The notes under the pieces: model-generated
The model's input: only the letters and a program-made list of their open reading frames with translations
Told to the model about the DNA's origin: nothing
Databases searched by the model: none
Program-made: the position numbers and the translations under genes
Shown here: piece after piece, positions 18,389-26,756 of the stretch
Layout: every line of letters starts with the position of its first letter
Numbering within the stretch: the stretch's first letter is position 1
DNA from: an uncultured Chloroflexia bacterium
Lineage (GTDB): Bacteria > Chloroflexota > Limnocylindria > Limnocylindrales > CSP1-4
DNA: 64,000 nt
Assembly: GCA_963781705.1 (NCBI GenBank)
Contig: CAWAGP010000010.1
Span: 101,028 to 165,027, forward strand
Direction: 5' to 3'

Positions 18389-19680
18389 AGCTTGATCCGG
18401 CCCGCGCGCTGGCGGTGTGCGTCGGTGCCGTGCTGGTGGCAGCCTGCGGTCCGACGGCGACCGCCATCACCACGCCCACGGTGGCACCGCCGGCGACGGT
18501 CGGGGGGCCGCTGGCGAGCGTCCCGCCGTTCTCGCCGCCGCCGGCGCCGAGCCTCAGCGTGCCGCCCGACGCCGCCTGGCAACTGCTGTCCTCGTTCCCG
18601 GCGGGAACGGCCTACGAGGTCATGTCGACCGTCGTGACCCCGGACGGCCTGGTGGCCGCCGGCTATGGGCCGCAGCCGGGCGAGGACTATTTCGGCCTGC
18701 GCCAGGGCATCACGTGGCGTTCCAGCGACGGGCTCAACTGGCAGATGTCGGCTGATCCGGAATTGAAGTATGAGACGCCGCAGACCATGGTGGCGCTCGG
18801 CTCGGACGTGTACCTGCTCGGCGACTACACCGAGTGTTCGCAGCTGTACGACGACAACTGCACCGAATCGCCCAAGGCGGGCAATGTGATCTGGCGGTCG
18901 TCGGGCGGCGGGGCGTGGCAGATGCTGCCGCAGGATCCCGGCATGCAGGCGGCTTTCGTTGACGGCCTTGCCGCCGGTCACGATCGGTTGATCGCCTACG
19001 GCAGCGCCGACGATGACGCCGGAACGCCGACCATCTGGGCCTCGTCCGATGGTGCGAACTGGACGAGCTCGACCAACCTTGGCGGTATCAGCCAGGCGAC
19101 CGCGTTCGAGCCGACGCCGGGCGGTTTCGTCATGTTCGGCATCCCGGATGACAGCAGCGCGGCTGACCTGGCGGCGGCCACCTCGTCCGATGGCGCCAGC
19201 TTCACGGCGGCCCAATTGCCCGACGTGTCGTCATTCCCCGGCGCGGAGATCGACGGCGTGGCCGTGGGCGCCAACGGCATGGCCGCCGTGGGCTACGGCA
19301 ACGACGACAACGGCGACCTGCTGGGCTTCGCCCTGTTCTCGAGCGATGGCACCGACTGGAGCCTGGCCAGCGACACCGACGGCAGCTTCCAAGGCAGCGC
19401 CGTAGTCGAGATCGAGGCCGTGTCGAACGGTTACGTTGCCTTCGGATTTACGCCCGACCAGAACGACGCGGCGATCGTCGGCCGGGCCTGGTTCTCGCCT
19501 GACGGCCAGTCATGGCACGCCGCGGCGACCACCTCCGCCTCGTTCGACGATCTCGACTCGGTGGGTGTCATCGGCAATACCGCAGTGATGTTCTCGCTGA
19601 TCGAGACGGATATCAGCGACACGAACATCTCGAGCACGATCTATCCGTGGTACGCAACCCTCGACCAACTGGCCCGCTGA
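18376..19680 (+). CDS. Secreted lipoprotein with about six Asp-box (BNR-like, SxDGxxW) repeats, predicted beta-propeller
   Basis: The GTG at 18376 is preceded by GGAGG. The signal peptide plus lipobox is LAVCVGAVLVAACG. Repeats are WRSSDGLNWQM, WRSSGGGAWQM, WASSDGANWTS, TSSDGASFTA, FSSDGTDWSL and WFSPDGQSWHA. It overlaps the esterase end by 13 nt. Confidence 0.55.
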   Translation: MERLKLDPARALAVCVGAVLVAACGPTATAITTPTVAPPATVGGPLASVPPFSPPPAPSLSVPPDAAWQLLSSFPAGTAYEVMSTVVTPDGLVAAGYGPQPGEDYFGLRQGITWRSSDGLNWQMSADPELKYETPQTMVALGSDVYLLGDYTECSQLYDDNCTESPKAGNVIWRSSGGGAWQMLPQDPGMQAAFVDGLAAGHDRLIAYGSADDDAGTPTIWASSDGANWTSSTNLGGISQATAFEPTPGGFVMFGIPDDSSAADLAAATSSDGASFTAAQLPDVSSFPGAEIDGVAVGANGMAAVGYGNDDNGDLLGFALFSSDGTDWSLASDTDGSFQGSAVVEIEAVSNGYVAFGFTPDQNDAAIVGRAWFSPDGQSWHAAATTSASFDDLDSVGVIGNTAVMFSLIETDISDTNISSTIYPWYATLDQLAR

Positions 19681-19751
19681 CGGCGGCGATTCGGATACCG
19701 ACCACAGCGCCTTCTCAGGTCGCTCTCAGGCGTGGCGCCTAGAAAGTAGCC

Positions 19752-20687
19752 ATGTTGTACCGCGATCCTGATTGGCCGCCTACCTTGCCCGTTTCCCCGG
19801 GGCCGGTTGCGCCGCTGTCGACGCCACTTGCTCCGCCTCCGCAGTTCACCCCGCCGCCCGCCCAGCGGACGCCGACGGCGCGCGCGTTCTTCGCCGTCGC
19901 GCTCTTGTCGGCGACGCTCACGTCGGCCATTACCTTCGGCCTGGTAACCGCCTTTCCGACGGCAACCACGCCCGCTGCGTCGCCGGCTGCCTCCTCACCG
20001 GCGACGCAGCAGCCCGATGTTGTTCCTGCGGTCAGCTCGCAATCGAACGATCTGACCGCGATCGTCGCCCAGGCGACCAAGTCAGTCGTGACCATCACCT
20101 CGCAGGCCCAGGTGCGCCAGGGCTTCTCGCCGTTCGCCATCCCGGCCACCGGCGTCGGCTCGGGCATCATCGTCAGTACCGATGGCCTGATCCTGACCAA
20201 CAATCACGTCGTCGAGGGGGCCCAGAGCCTGACCGTGACCACGGCCGACGGGCAGAATCTGCAGGCCACTGTGGTGAGCACCGATGCGGCGCACGACCTC
20301 GCGGTCATCAAGGCCACCGGCGGGCAGCAGCTCACCCCGGCGACACTGGGTGACTCCGCCGGCCTCATGGTCGGCCAGACGGTGCTCGCAATCGGTAGTC
20401 CGCTGGGCGAATTCACCGAGACGGTGACCAAGGGCATCGTTTCCGCGCTCGACCGGACCATCACCGTTACCGATGAGATGACCGGCCAGCAGAAGCAGTT
20501 GAGCGGCCTCATCCAGACCGATGCCGCGATCAACCCGGGTAACAGCGGCGGCCCGCTCATCAACGACGCCGGCCAGGTGGTGGGTATGAACAGTGCCCTG
20601 GCGGGCAGCGCCGAGGGGATCGGCTTTGCCATCCCGATCAACACGGCCAAGGCGCTGATCAGCCAGGCGGCCGGTTCGGCCGCCTGA
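19752..20687 (+). CDS. Trypsin-like serine protease, S1C (HtrA/DegP-like, no PDZ domain), membrane-anchored with a Pro-rich N-terminus
   Basis: LTNNHVV (His), HDLAV (Asp), GNSGGPLIN (Ser) catalytic triad motifs. There is an N-terminal Pro/Thr-rich region plus a transmembrane segment. Confidence 0.75.
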   Translation: MLYRDPDWPPTLPVSPGPVAPLSTPLAPPPQFTPPPAQRTPTARAFFAVALLSATLTSAITFGLVTAFPTATTPAASPAASSPATQQPDVVPAVSSQSNDLTAIVAQATKSVVTITSQAQVRQGFSPFAIPATGVGSGIIVSTDGLILTNNHVVEGAQSLTVTTADGQNLQATVVSTDAAHDLAVIKATGGQQLTPATLGDSAGLMVGQTVLAIGSPLGEFTETVTKGIVSALDRTITVTDEMTGQQKQLSGLIQTDAAINPGNSGGPLINDAGQVVGMNSALAGSAEGIGFAIPINTAKALISQAAGSAA

Positions 20688-20692
20688 GCAGG

Positions 20693-20768
20693 TGGAGCGG
20701 GAGACGGGGATCGAACCCGCGACAACCGGCTTGGAAGGCCAGCGCTCTGCCAACTGAGCTACTCCCGC
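20693..20768 (-). tRNA. tRNA-Gly (anticodon UCC)
   Basis: The reverse complement is GCGGGAGTAGCTCAGTTGGCAGAGCGCTGGCCTTCCAAGCCGGTTGTCGCGGGTTCGATCCCGTCTCCCGCTCCA. It has a 7-bp acceptor stem, D-arm, anticodon loop CTTCCAA, T-arm GGTTCGATCC and a CCA end, 76 nt. Confidence 0.85.
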
Positions 20769-20909
20769 CCGCCTGACACATGTTAGTGGCGTTGTGCCCA
20801 TCGGCACCGCGCTGCCGGGCCGTTGGGCCCTATGGCCTGCTCGCTCCACGGGGCGAAGGTGGAAGCGTGACGCGAAGTCCGCGTCGAGGAGCCCAAGGAG
20901 GCGCTCCAG

Positions 20910-21305
20910 ATGAGCCGGGTGTTGGTAGTCCACCACGATGTCGATATGGCTGACCAGGAAGTGGACTGGCTGCGCCGCGCCGGGCATCTACCCGTACAGT
21001 GCGCCGGTCCCACCCATGGTCCATGTCCAATTTTCCAGGGCCTGCCCTGCCCAGCGGTCGACGATGCCGATGTGCTCGTCTACGACGTGTGGGCGAGTGG
21101 CGAGTCCCAAGCTGAGCGCGAGCTGATCGAAGGGCTGCGCGAGATGCACCCCAACGTGCCCATCGTGCTGACGGCACCGGGCATGGAGTTCGACTGGGTC
21201 GAAACGGTCGGGATCAATGCCGTGGTGCCGCTGGTCGGCGTTCCGACAGCAGAGAGCCTGGTCGCGGCCGTCGAGCGTGCTTTGAGCATGGGCACGCCGG
21301 CCTGA
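20910..21305 (+). CDS. Hypothetical protein with a receiver (CheY)-like fold, atypical
   Basis: AAGGAGG lies 8 nt upstream of the ATG. It has beta-alpha alternation (RVLVVHHD...DADVLVYDVWA...NVPIVLTAPG) resembling a REC domain, but without the canonical DD...D...K set. It also contains CAGPTHGPCP. No family was recognised confidently. Confidence 0.45.
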   Translation: MSRVLVVHHDVDMADQEVDWLRRAGHLPVQCAGPTHGPCPIFQGLPCPAVDDADVLVYDVWASGESQAERELIEGLREMHPNVPIVLTAPGMEFDWVETVGINAVVPLVGVPTAESLVAAVERALSMGTPA

Positions 21306-21317
21306 CCGGTCGGCGCG

Positions 21318-21830
21318 CTACTTCCTGGCGGTTTCGAACGCCAGCGCCGTGACGAGGCCAAAGGCCATGTGCGGCGCAACGTCGGCCAGCCAGTCGGTGC
21401 CGCTCCATGCCTTCGGATCGCTGAGCCCCAGGCGGCTGGCCGGATAGTCCGAGGCGGCCATCGCCGCGCCGCCCAGCACGGCGCCGGCAAGCCACGTTGG
21501 CGGTCGCGGCATGATCAGCCGCACCGTCGCATAGGCCACCCCGATGCCCAGGCCGTTGGCCATGCCGAGCAGGGCGCCGAGCGCCTCCTGGCGGTGGGCC
21601 AGTCGTGCGCTCGGGGAGTGATCGTCGTCGGCTGCGCCCGTCGCCTCGAGCGCGGCCTCGAGATCGAAGTCGAGCGGCAGGCCGACCTCGTCCGCGATCT
21701 TGCCGGCGACCTGCGCCGGCAGCCTGCTCGCCGGTCGACCGCGGACGAGCATGTCGACGTAGCTGGTCACGTTTAGCGCCAGCGTGCCTGCTGCGCCGGC
21801 GAGGAGCCCCACTGCGATCCTGTTGGCCAT
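21318..21830 (-). CDS. Hypothetical membrane protein
   Basis: Internal ATG (rc cat 21828-21830) with GGAGG 8 nt upstream gives MANRIAVGLLAGAAGTLALNV... plus a second hydrophobic stretch. The track N-terminal extension is Arg-rich. Confidence 0.45.
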   Translation of the reverse strand: MANRIAVGLLAGAAGTLALNVTSYVDMLVRGRPASRLPAQVAGKIADEVGLPLDFDLEAALEATGAADDDHSPSARLAHRQEALGALLGMANGLGIGVAYATVRLIMPRPPTWLAGAVLGGAAMAASDYPASRLGLSDPKAWSGTDWLADVAPHMAFGLVTALAFETARK

Positions 21831-21924
21831 TTCTGTCCTCCGGCTGCGCCGGGCGGCACGTTGCCGGCGGGCGCTGTGCTGGTTCGGTTCTGGTTCGTTG
21901 CTGGTTCCGCTAGCGTAGTCGGCC

Positions 21925-22860
21925 GTGACCAACGGCAGTCATCGGCCGCGCCAGACCGACGTGCACTTCGCGCACCAAATCGACCTTGCGGCCACGCTCG
22001 CGCCACTCGGCCGCGCCGGCGACGACCTGCTGGATCGCTGGGACGGCCGCGTTCTGGCGCGGACCGCGATCGTCGCCGGCGTGGCCGTGCCGTACGTCGC
22101 GCGGCCGCTCGCAGGCCGGCCCGGTCCGTCGGTCGGACTCGCGGTCGTCTTTCCGGCCGCCGGGCCCAACCCGGCAGAGGTCGCACGCCTGGTGCTGTCG
22201 ACCCTGGTGCTCGAGCTGCCGGCCCTGTCCGGGCTGGCCGAAAGGGACGAACCGGTCGCGCGGCTCATGCGGGCGTATCCGGGCGTGGTGCCCGTCCTGT
22301 TTCGCGACCCATTCGCCGCGTTGATCCGTTCGATCAGCGCCCAGCAGGTCAACCTGCGCTGGGCGGCGACGGTGCGCCATCGCCTTGCCGAGCGTTACGG
22401 CGAACGCCATCCGATCGACGATCGTTTCGTCTATCGGCTCGATGCTGCCAAGCTGGCGCGCGCCGCCGTGCCCGAACTGCGCGCGCTGCAGTTGACCAAT
22501 GCCAAAGCGCGTTCGGTCATCGCCTGCGCGCAGGCCGCGCAGGCCGGTGAGCTTCAGTTCGCCCAGCTGGAGCGTGCCGCTGACGAAGAGGTCATCGCGC
22601 ACCTCACCGGGCTGCGCGGCATCGGCCGCTGGAGCGCCGAGTGGTTCCTGGCGCGTACGCTGGGCCGGCCACGCGTGGTAGCGGGTGACCTGGGCGTGCG
22701 TAAGGCTGTCGGCCGCCTGTATGGGCAAGCGCAACTGCCGAGCGAGAACGAGGTTCGTCGCCTGACCGAGCACTGGCGCTCGGCCGCGACGCTGGCGCAG
22801 ACGCTCGCGCTGCACGCCCTGGCGCTCAGCGAGCTGCCTCCTCCGCCTCCAGCCGGCTGA
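21925..22860 (+). CDS. DNA-3-methyladenine glycosylase II-like (AlkA / HhH-GPD superfamily)
   Basis: HhH-GPD region ...IAHLTGLRGIGRWSAEWFLARTLGRPRVVAGDLGVRKAV..., the size (311 aa) and the helix-hairpin-helix Gly/Pro-rich loop followed by Asp. GTG start. Confidence 0.65.
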   Translation: MTNGSHRPRQTDVHFAHQIDLAATLAPLGRAGDDLLDRWDGRVLARTAIVAGVAVPYVARPLAGRPGPSVGLAVVFPAAGPNPAEVARLVLSTLVLELPALSGLAERDEPVARLMRAYPGVVPVLFRDPFAALIRSISAQQVNLRWAATVRHRLAERYGERHPIDDRFVYRLDAAKLARAAVPELRALQLTNAKARSVIACAQAAQAGELQFAQLERAADEEVIAHLTGLRGIGRWSAEWFLARTLGRPRVVAGDLGVRKAVGRLYGQAQLPSENEVRRLTEHWRSAATLAQTLALHALALSELPPPPPAG

Positions 22861-23281
22861 TCTTGTCGACGCGCCGCGCGTGGCGGCCGCCCAGGAACTC
22901 GGCGCTCATGAACGCGGCCACGCAGCCCAGCGCAACCTCGCTGCCGATGATGCGTGCGCCCATCGCGAGCACGTTGGCGTTGTTGTGCTCGCGGCCGAGC
23001 CGAGCGGTGACCGGGTCGGTGGCCTCCACGCACCGGATGCCGCGCACCTTGTTGGCCACGATCTGCTCGCCGGTGCCGCTGCCGCCGAGCACGATACCGC
23101 GCCCGCATTCGCCGCTGGCGACGGCTCGCGCGGCCGGCGCGATCACGTCCGGATAGTCGACCGGCGGAAGGGCTGCCTCGACGCCGAAATCGACCACCTC
23201 GTGGCCGGCCGCAGTGAGCCATTCGGCAATCGGCGCCTTGAGCGGAAAGCCGGCGTGATCGGTGGCCAGGGCAACGCGCAT
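22826..23281 (-). CDS. rpiB: Ribose-5-phosphate isomerase B (LacAB/RpiB family)
   Basis: MRVALATDHAGFPLKAPIAEWL...ECGRGIVLGGSGTGEQIVANKVRGIRC is the RpiB active-site Cys region. The start is at the internal ATG 23281, and the length is 151 aa. Confidence 0.8.
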   Translation of the reverse strand: MRVALATDHAGFPLKAPIAEWLTAAGHEVVDFGVEAALPPVDYPDVIAPAARAVASGECGRGIVLGGSGTGEQIVANKVRGIRCVEATDPVTARLGREHNNANVLAMGARIIGSEVALGCVAAFMSAEFLGGRHARRVDKISRLEAEEAAR

Positions 23282-23374
23282 GTCGTCACCGTAGCACTGC
23301 CGCAGAGCGGGTTCCGTGCTGCCTCCCAGCGCGTCCCAAGGCGGGCTTTGGCCGCCCTCGCTATCGTGGCGGCC

Positions 23375-24508
23375 ATGCTGCACAACTCGTTCCGCCTGTT
23401 CACCATCCGCGGCATCGAGGTCGGCATTCACTACAGCTGGTTATTCATCTTCGGGCTGCTGACCTGGTCGCTCGGCTCGTACGTCTTCCCACAGGACTAC
23501 CTTGCCAATGGGTTGCGGCCGCTGCCGGCAGCGGAGTACTGGCTGCTTGGCGCGCTCACGACCATCCTCATGTTCGTCTCGGTGCTCATCCATGAGCTGG
23601 CGCATTCCTTCGTCGCGCGCGCCCGCGGCCTGGACGCGCGGTCGATCACGCTGTTCATCTTCGGCGGCGTGTCGAACCTGTCGGGCGAGGCCAAGGAGGC
23701 CTCGACCGAGTTCCTGATCGCCATCGTCGGCCCGCTGACCAGCTTCGCACTGGCCGGCCTCAGCTTCGGCATCGCGTCCGTCATCGATGAGCCGCGCATC
23801 GACCTGGTCGCCAGTTACCTGCTGTACATCAACCTGGTGCTGGGCCTGTTCAACCTCGTGCCCGGCTTTCCGCTCGACGGCGGCCGGGTGCTGCGCGCGG
23901 TGCTGTGGACGGCCCTCGGCAATGTCCGCCGGGCGACCGAGTGGGCTGGCAACGTGGGCAAGCTGGTGGCGTGGGGCATGTTCGCGCTGGGCCTGCTGTT
24001 CCTGTTCCAGGGCGACGTGATCAGTGGCATCTGGCTGGCGGCGATCGCCTGGTTCTTGCACAACGCTGCGTCGGACAGCGTTCAGCACATGGTCTTCGAG
24101 ACGCGCCTGCGCCGCGTCCGCGCGGCGGACATCGTCGAGCACGACAGCACCACCGCGCCGCCGGGCATCTCGGTCGCGGAGCTGATCGAGCAGTACGTGC
24201 TGCCCACGAACCGCCGCGCGGTGGCCGTCGCCGACAACGGCCGGCTGGTCGGCATCGTGACGGTCGGCGACATCATGCACGTGCCGGTCGAGCAGCGCAC
24301 CCGGGTGGCTGTGGCGGAGATCATGAGCGGTCACGAGGGGCTGTTCACAATCCGCGCCGACACGCGTGCTCAGGATGCCGTCGAACTCCTCGCTGAGCAC
24401 GATCTCGAGCAGGTGCCGGTAATGGATGGCGACCGTTTCATCGGTCTGCTGACGCGCGGCGACGTGATGCGCCAGCTGCAGCTGCGCGAGGCGCTCAACG
24501 TCGGATAG
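23375..24508 (+). CDS. Site-2 protease (M50) family metalloprotease with C-terminal CBS pair
   Basis: HELAHSF (HExxH) in TM helix, ...NLVPGFPLDGGRVL (LDG motif), C-terminal CBS motifs (AVAVADNGRLVGIVTVGDIM ... VPVMDGDRFIGLLTRGDVM). The start is at ATG 23375, because the track ORF upstream is antisense of rpiB. Confidence 0.75.
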   Translation: MLHNSFRLFTIRGIEVGIHYSWLFIFGLLTWSLGSYVFPQDYLANGLRPLPAAEYWLLGALTTILMFVSVLIHELAHSFVARARGLDARSITLFIFGGVSNLSGEAKEASTEFLIAIVGPLTSFALAGLSFGIASVIDEPRIDLVASYLLYINLVLGLFNLVPGFPLDGGRVLRAVLWTALGNVRRATEWAGNVGKLVAWGMFALGLLFLFQGDVISGIWLAAIAWFLHNAASDSVQHMVFETRLRRVRAADIVEHDSTTAPPGISVAELIEQYVLPTNRRAVAVADNGRLVGIVTVGDIMHVPVEQRTRVAVAEIMSGHEGLFTIRADTRAQDAVELLAEHDLEQVPVMDGDRFIGLLTRGDVMRQLQLREALNVG

Positions 24509-24547
24509 CACGGGCTGACTTCGGTCGGCACGAGACCGCCGGCGGAG

Positions 24548-25291
24548 TCAGGCGGGGGGCTCTTCGGTGGCCTCGTGTGCTGCCTTGGACGCGGCGAACG
24601 CCTCGACTATCCATGCCACCGCCTCGTCGGTGTCGTCGGTCACGCGCAGCAGATCGAGGTCGCCAGGCCCGATCATCGAGTGCGCGGACAACGTGTCGCG
24701 CAGCCAATCGAGCAGCGGCTGCCAGTAACTGCGGTCCCACAGAATGATCGGGAAGTGGTCGATCTTGCCCGTCTGGACGAGGACCAGCGACTCGCACAGC
24801 TCGTCGAGCGTGCCGAAGCCGCCAGGAAAGATCACGAAGCCCTGCGCGTACTTGACGAACATCGTCTTGCGCGCGAAGAAGTAGCGAAAGTTCAGGGCGA
24901 GCGTGCACCACTCGTTCACGTCCTGCTCGTGCGGCAACTCGATGCCCAGGCCGACCGATACGCCGCCGGCCTGCGCCGCGCCCTTGTTGGCGGCGGCCAT
25001 GATGCCCGGCCCGCCGCCTGTGATCACGGTGATGTCGTGCCGCGCGAGCTTGCCGGCCACCTCCTCCGCCGCGAGCGCGGCGGGATCGTCGGGCGAGATG
25101 CGCGCCGAGCCGAAGATGCTGATGGCCGGTCCGAGCCGGGCGAGCGTGTCGAAGCCCTCGACGAACTCGCCCATGATGCGCAGCGCGCGCCAGGCGTCGC
25201 TGTCGAGGAACGAGGTGTCGGCGTAGGGCGCCGGCCGCAGGAACTTGCGATCCTCGGACGGCCCGCTGCGCAGGCGGCGCTGTTGGCTCAT
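24548..25291 (-). CDS. LOG family protein (TIGR00730 Rossmann-fold, cytokinin riboside 5'-monophosphate phosphoribohydrolase-like)
   Basis: ISIFGSARI...ITGGGPGIMAAANKGA...PGGFGTLDEL are the LOG family signature motifs. Confidence 0.8.
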   Translation of the reverse strand: MSQQRRLRSGPSEDRKFLRPAPYADTSFLDSDAWRALRIMGEFVEGFDTLARLGPAISIFGSARISPDDPAALAAEEVAGKLARHDITVITGGGPGIMAAANKGAAQAGGVSVGLGIELPHEQDVNEWCTLALNFRYFFARKTMFVKYAQGFVIFPGGFGTLDELCESLVLVQTGKIDHFPIILWDRSYWQPLLDWLRDTLSAHSMIGPGDLDLLRVTDDTDEAVAWIVEAFAASKAAHEATEEPPA

Positions 25292-25485
25292 GCGCAGGCA
25301 GGATACCCGCGGCGCCGATGCTCGGCATGTATCGGCAAAGTGCAGCGCGCTGCAGGCAAAGCGTGGCCAGATGGCGCCCCCTCACGAAACCGCGCGTGAC
25401 GAATCGTTCGGACGGCCGCAGGCAAGTGCCTGCAATGGCAACGGCGATCCGACGCTGGTCGCCGGCGAGTTGTCCACGATCGCCG

Positions 25486-25544
25486 GTAAGCGGGCGATAA
25501 GTCGCCGTTGAGTGCTGGCTAAGTCGCCCTGCCTAAAGTCGCCG
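25486..25544. promoter_or_regulatory. Array of 3-4 direct repeats (consensus YTAAGTCGCCS) in the LOG / small-membrane-protein divergent promoter
   Basis: GTAAGCGGGCG (25486-96), ATAAGTCGCCG (25497-507), CTAAGTCGCCC (25519-29), CTAAAGTCGCCG (25533-44). They lie 57-115 nt upstream of ATG 25601. Confidence 0.45.
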
Positions 25545-25600
25545 TGCTGACCGGCCACTTCGGGCGGCCACCCGTCGATAGGTGTTGTGAATGGAGAGCC

Positions 25601-25786
25601 ATGCGCATCGCATCGTTGCCCCGCTTCCTGCCCGCCGCGATCGGCCTGCTGCTGCTGGTCGCCATCGTGCCGAGCGCGGTCTTCGTCGGAGCAGGCCTGC
25701 TCGGTCTGATCGGCGACCACGCCGCCGTCCCGATCCTGGGCTGGGTTGTTGACTGGTCGCCCATCGAGCCCTTCCGCTGGGGCTGA
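25601..25786 (+). CDS. Small (61 aa) predicted membrane protein
   Basis: ATG 25601 is preceded by GGAGAG. MRIASLPRFLPAAIGLLLLVAIVPSAVFVGAGLLGLIGDHAAVPILGWVV has two hydrophobic helices. It lies immediately upstream of the cupredoxin gene, and no homolog was recognised. Confidence 0.35.
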   Translation: MRIASLPRFLPAAIGLLLLVAIVPSAVFVGAGLLGLIGDHAAVPILGWVVDWSPIEPFRWG

Positions 25787-25832
25787 ACTCGCCTGAGCGC
25801 CTCAATCGGCCGGTGGGCCTACAGTCGGTCAT

Positions 25833-26372
25833 GTGCCGCAGGAGTCTGGACAGCGCCAGTCGAGAATCTCTCGTGCCCCGGTCTACGTTGCTGCATTCGG
25901 CATCGTGCTCGCGGTTGCCCTCGTGCTGCTGGGCGCCGCGCTCGCTCAGGCGCCTGCGGCGCCGCCGGCCATCACCCAGCCGGGCACGCCGGACGCGCCA
26001 CGCGACGTTAACGTGATCCTGCGTGAGTACGCGTTCGATCCGAACCCGCTCTATCTCGTTGCTGGGGAAACCGTCCGCTTTCACGTCATCAACGGGGGAA
26101 TGATCGAGCACGAGTTCGTGCTCGGCGGCGGCGACGTTCAGGCCGCCTGGGCAACTGCCGATGCGCTGGTGTCGCCCCCTGCACTGCTGGCCACCGCGCC
26201 GCCCGCCAGCGTGGCGCCGGGCACCGGCGGACTGCGCCTGCTGCTCGACTCAGGTGAACAGGCGACCGCCGTGTACACCGTCCCTGCCGGCGGTAGCCTG
26301 CAGTTGTTCTGTCACCTACCCGGTCACGCCGAACACGGCATGGTGGGCGAGGTGATCGTGCTCAGCCGCTAA
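25833..26372 (+). CDS. Cupredoxin-like (type-1 blue copper) domain protein, membrane-anchored
   Basis: N-terminal TM (VYVAAFGIVLAVALVLLGAALA), then a cupredoxin fold with Cu ligands H (IEHEF) ... C-x2-PGH-x2-HGM (CHLPGHAEHGM). GTG start. Confidence 0.6.
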   Translation: MPQESGQRQSRISRAPVYVAAFGIVLAVALVLLGAALAQAPAAPPAITQPGTPDAPRDVNVILREYAFDPNPLYLVAGETVRFHVINGGMIEHEFVLGGGDVQAAWATADALVSPPALLATAPPASVAPGTGGLRLLLDSGEQATAVYTVPAGGSLQLFCHLPGHAEHGMVGEVIVLSR

Positions 26373-26448
26373 GATGCGCGTGCGCCCCGTTCGGCCACGC
26401 CGGCCGGGTTGCTGCGGAGAGACTGCGAGCCCAAGGAGACGCTGCTCA

Positions 26449-26739
26449 ATGACGTACGTGATCGCCGAGCCGTGTGTGGACGTCATCGATCAATCGTGCG
26501 TGGCGGTGTGCCCGGTCGACTGCATCCACTTCGACCAGGGTGTCGATCGGATGCTGTACATCGATCCCGACGAGTGCATCGACTGCGGCGCGTGCGAGCC
26601 GGAGTGCCCGGTCAACGCCATCTTCCCCGAAGATGCGCTACCGGCCGAGGCGGCCCCGTACACGGAGATCAACGCGCAGTGGTTCCGCGACAAGGATGGG
26701 GCACGCGCCGCCCTTGACGCGCTGAAGCCGCCCGCCTGA
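26449..26739 (+). CDS. fdxA: 7Fe ferredoxin ([3Fe-4S][4Fe-4S], FdxA type)
   Basis: MTYVIAEPCVDVIDQSCVAVCPVDCI...DPDECIDCGACEPECPVNAIF is the classic 7Fe ferredoxin cysteine pattern. AAGGAG upstream. Confidence 0.8.
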   Translation: MTYVIAEPCVDVIDQSCVAVCPVDCIHFDQGVDRMLYIDPDECIDCGACEPECPVNAIFPEDALPAEAAPYTEINAQWFRDKDGARAALDALKPPA

Positions 26740-26756
26740 GCGAGTAAGGCGCGCGC

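Noticed and set aside
20693-21320. tRNA-Gly as a possible integration site for a genomic island
   Set aside because: There is no integrase, excisionase, direct repeat of the tRNA 3' end, or compositional shift in the flanks. The neighbours are ordinary chromosomal genes.
22880-23374. 165-aa N-terminal extension of the M50 protease ORF (and analogous extensions of hppD 40507..41103, FAH-family 45870..46163, GH57 7081..7467, rpiB 23282..23431)
   Set aside because: The extensions are antisense to neighbouring genes or low-complexity. Internal ATGs with SD sequences give proteins that match family lengths.
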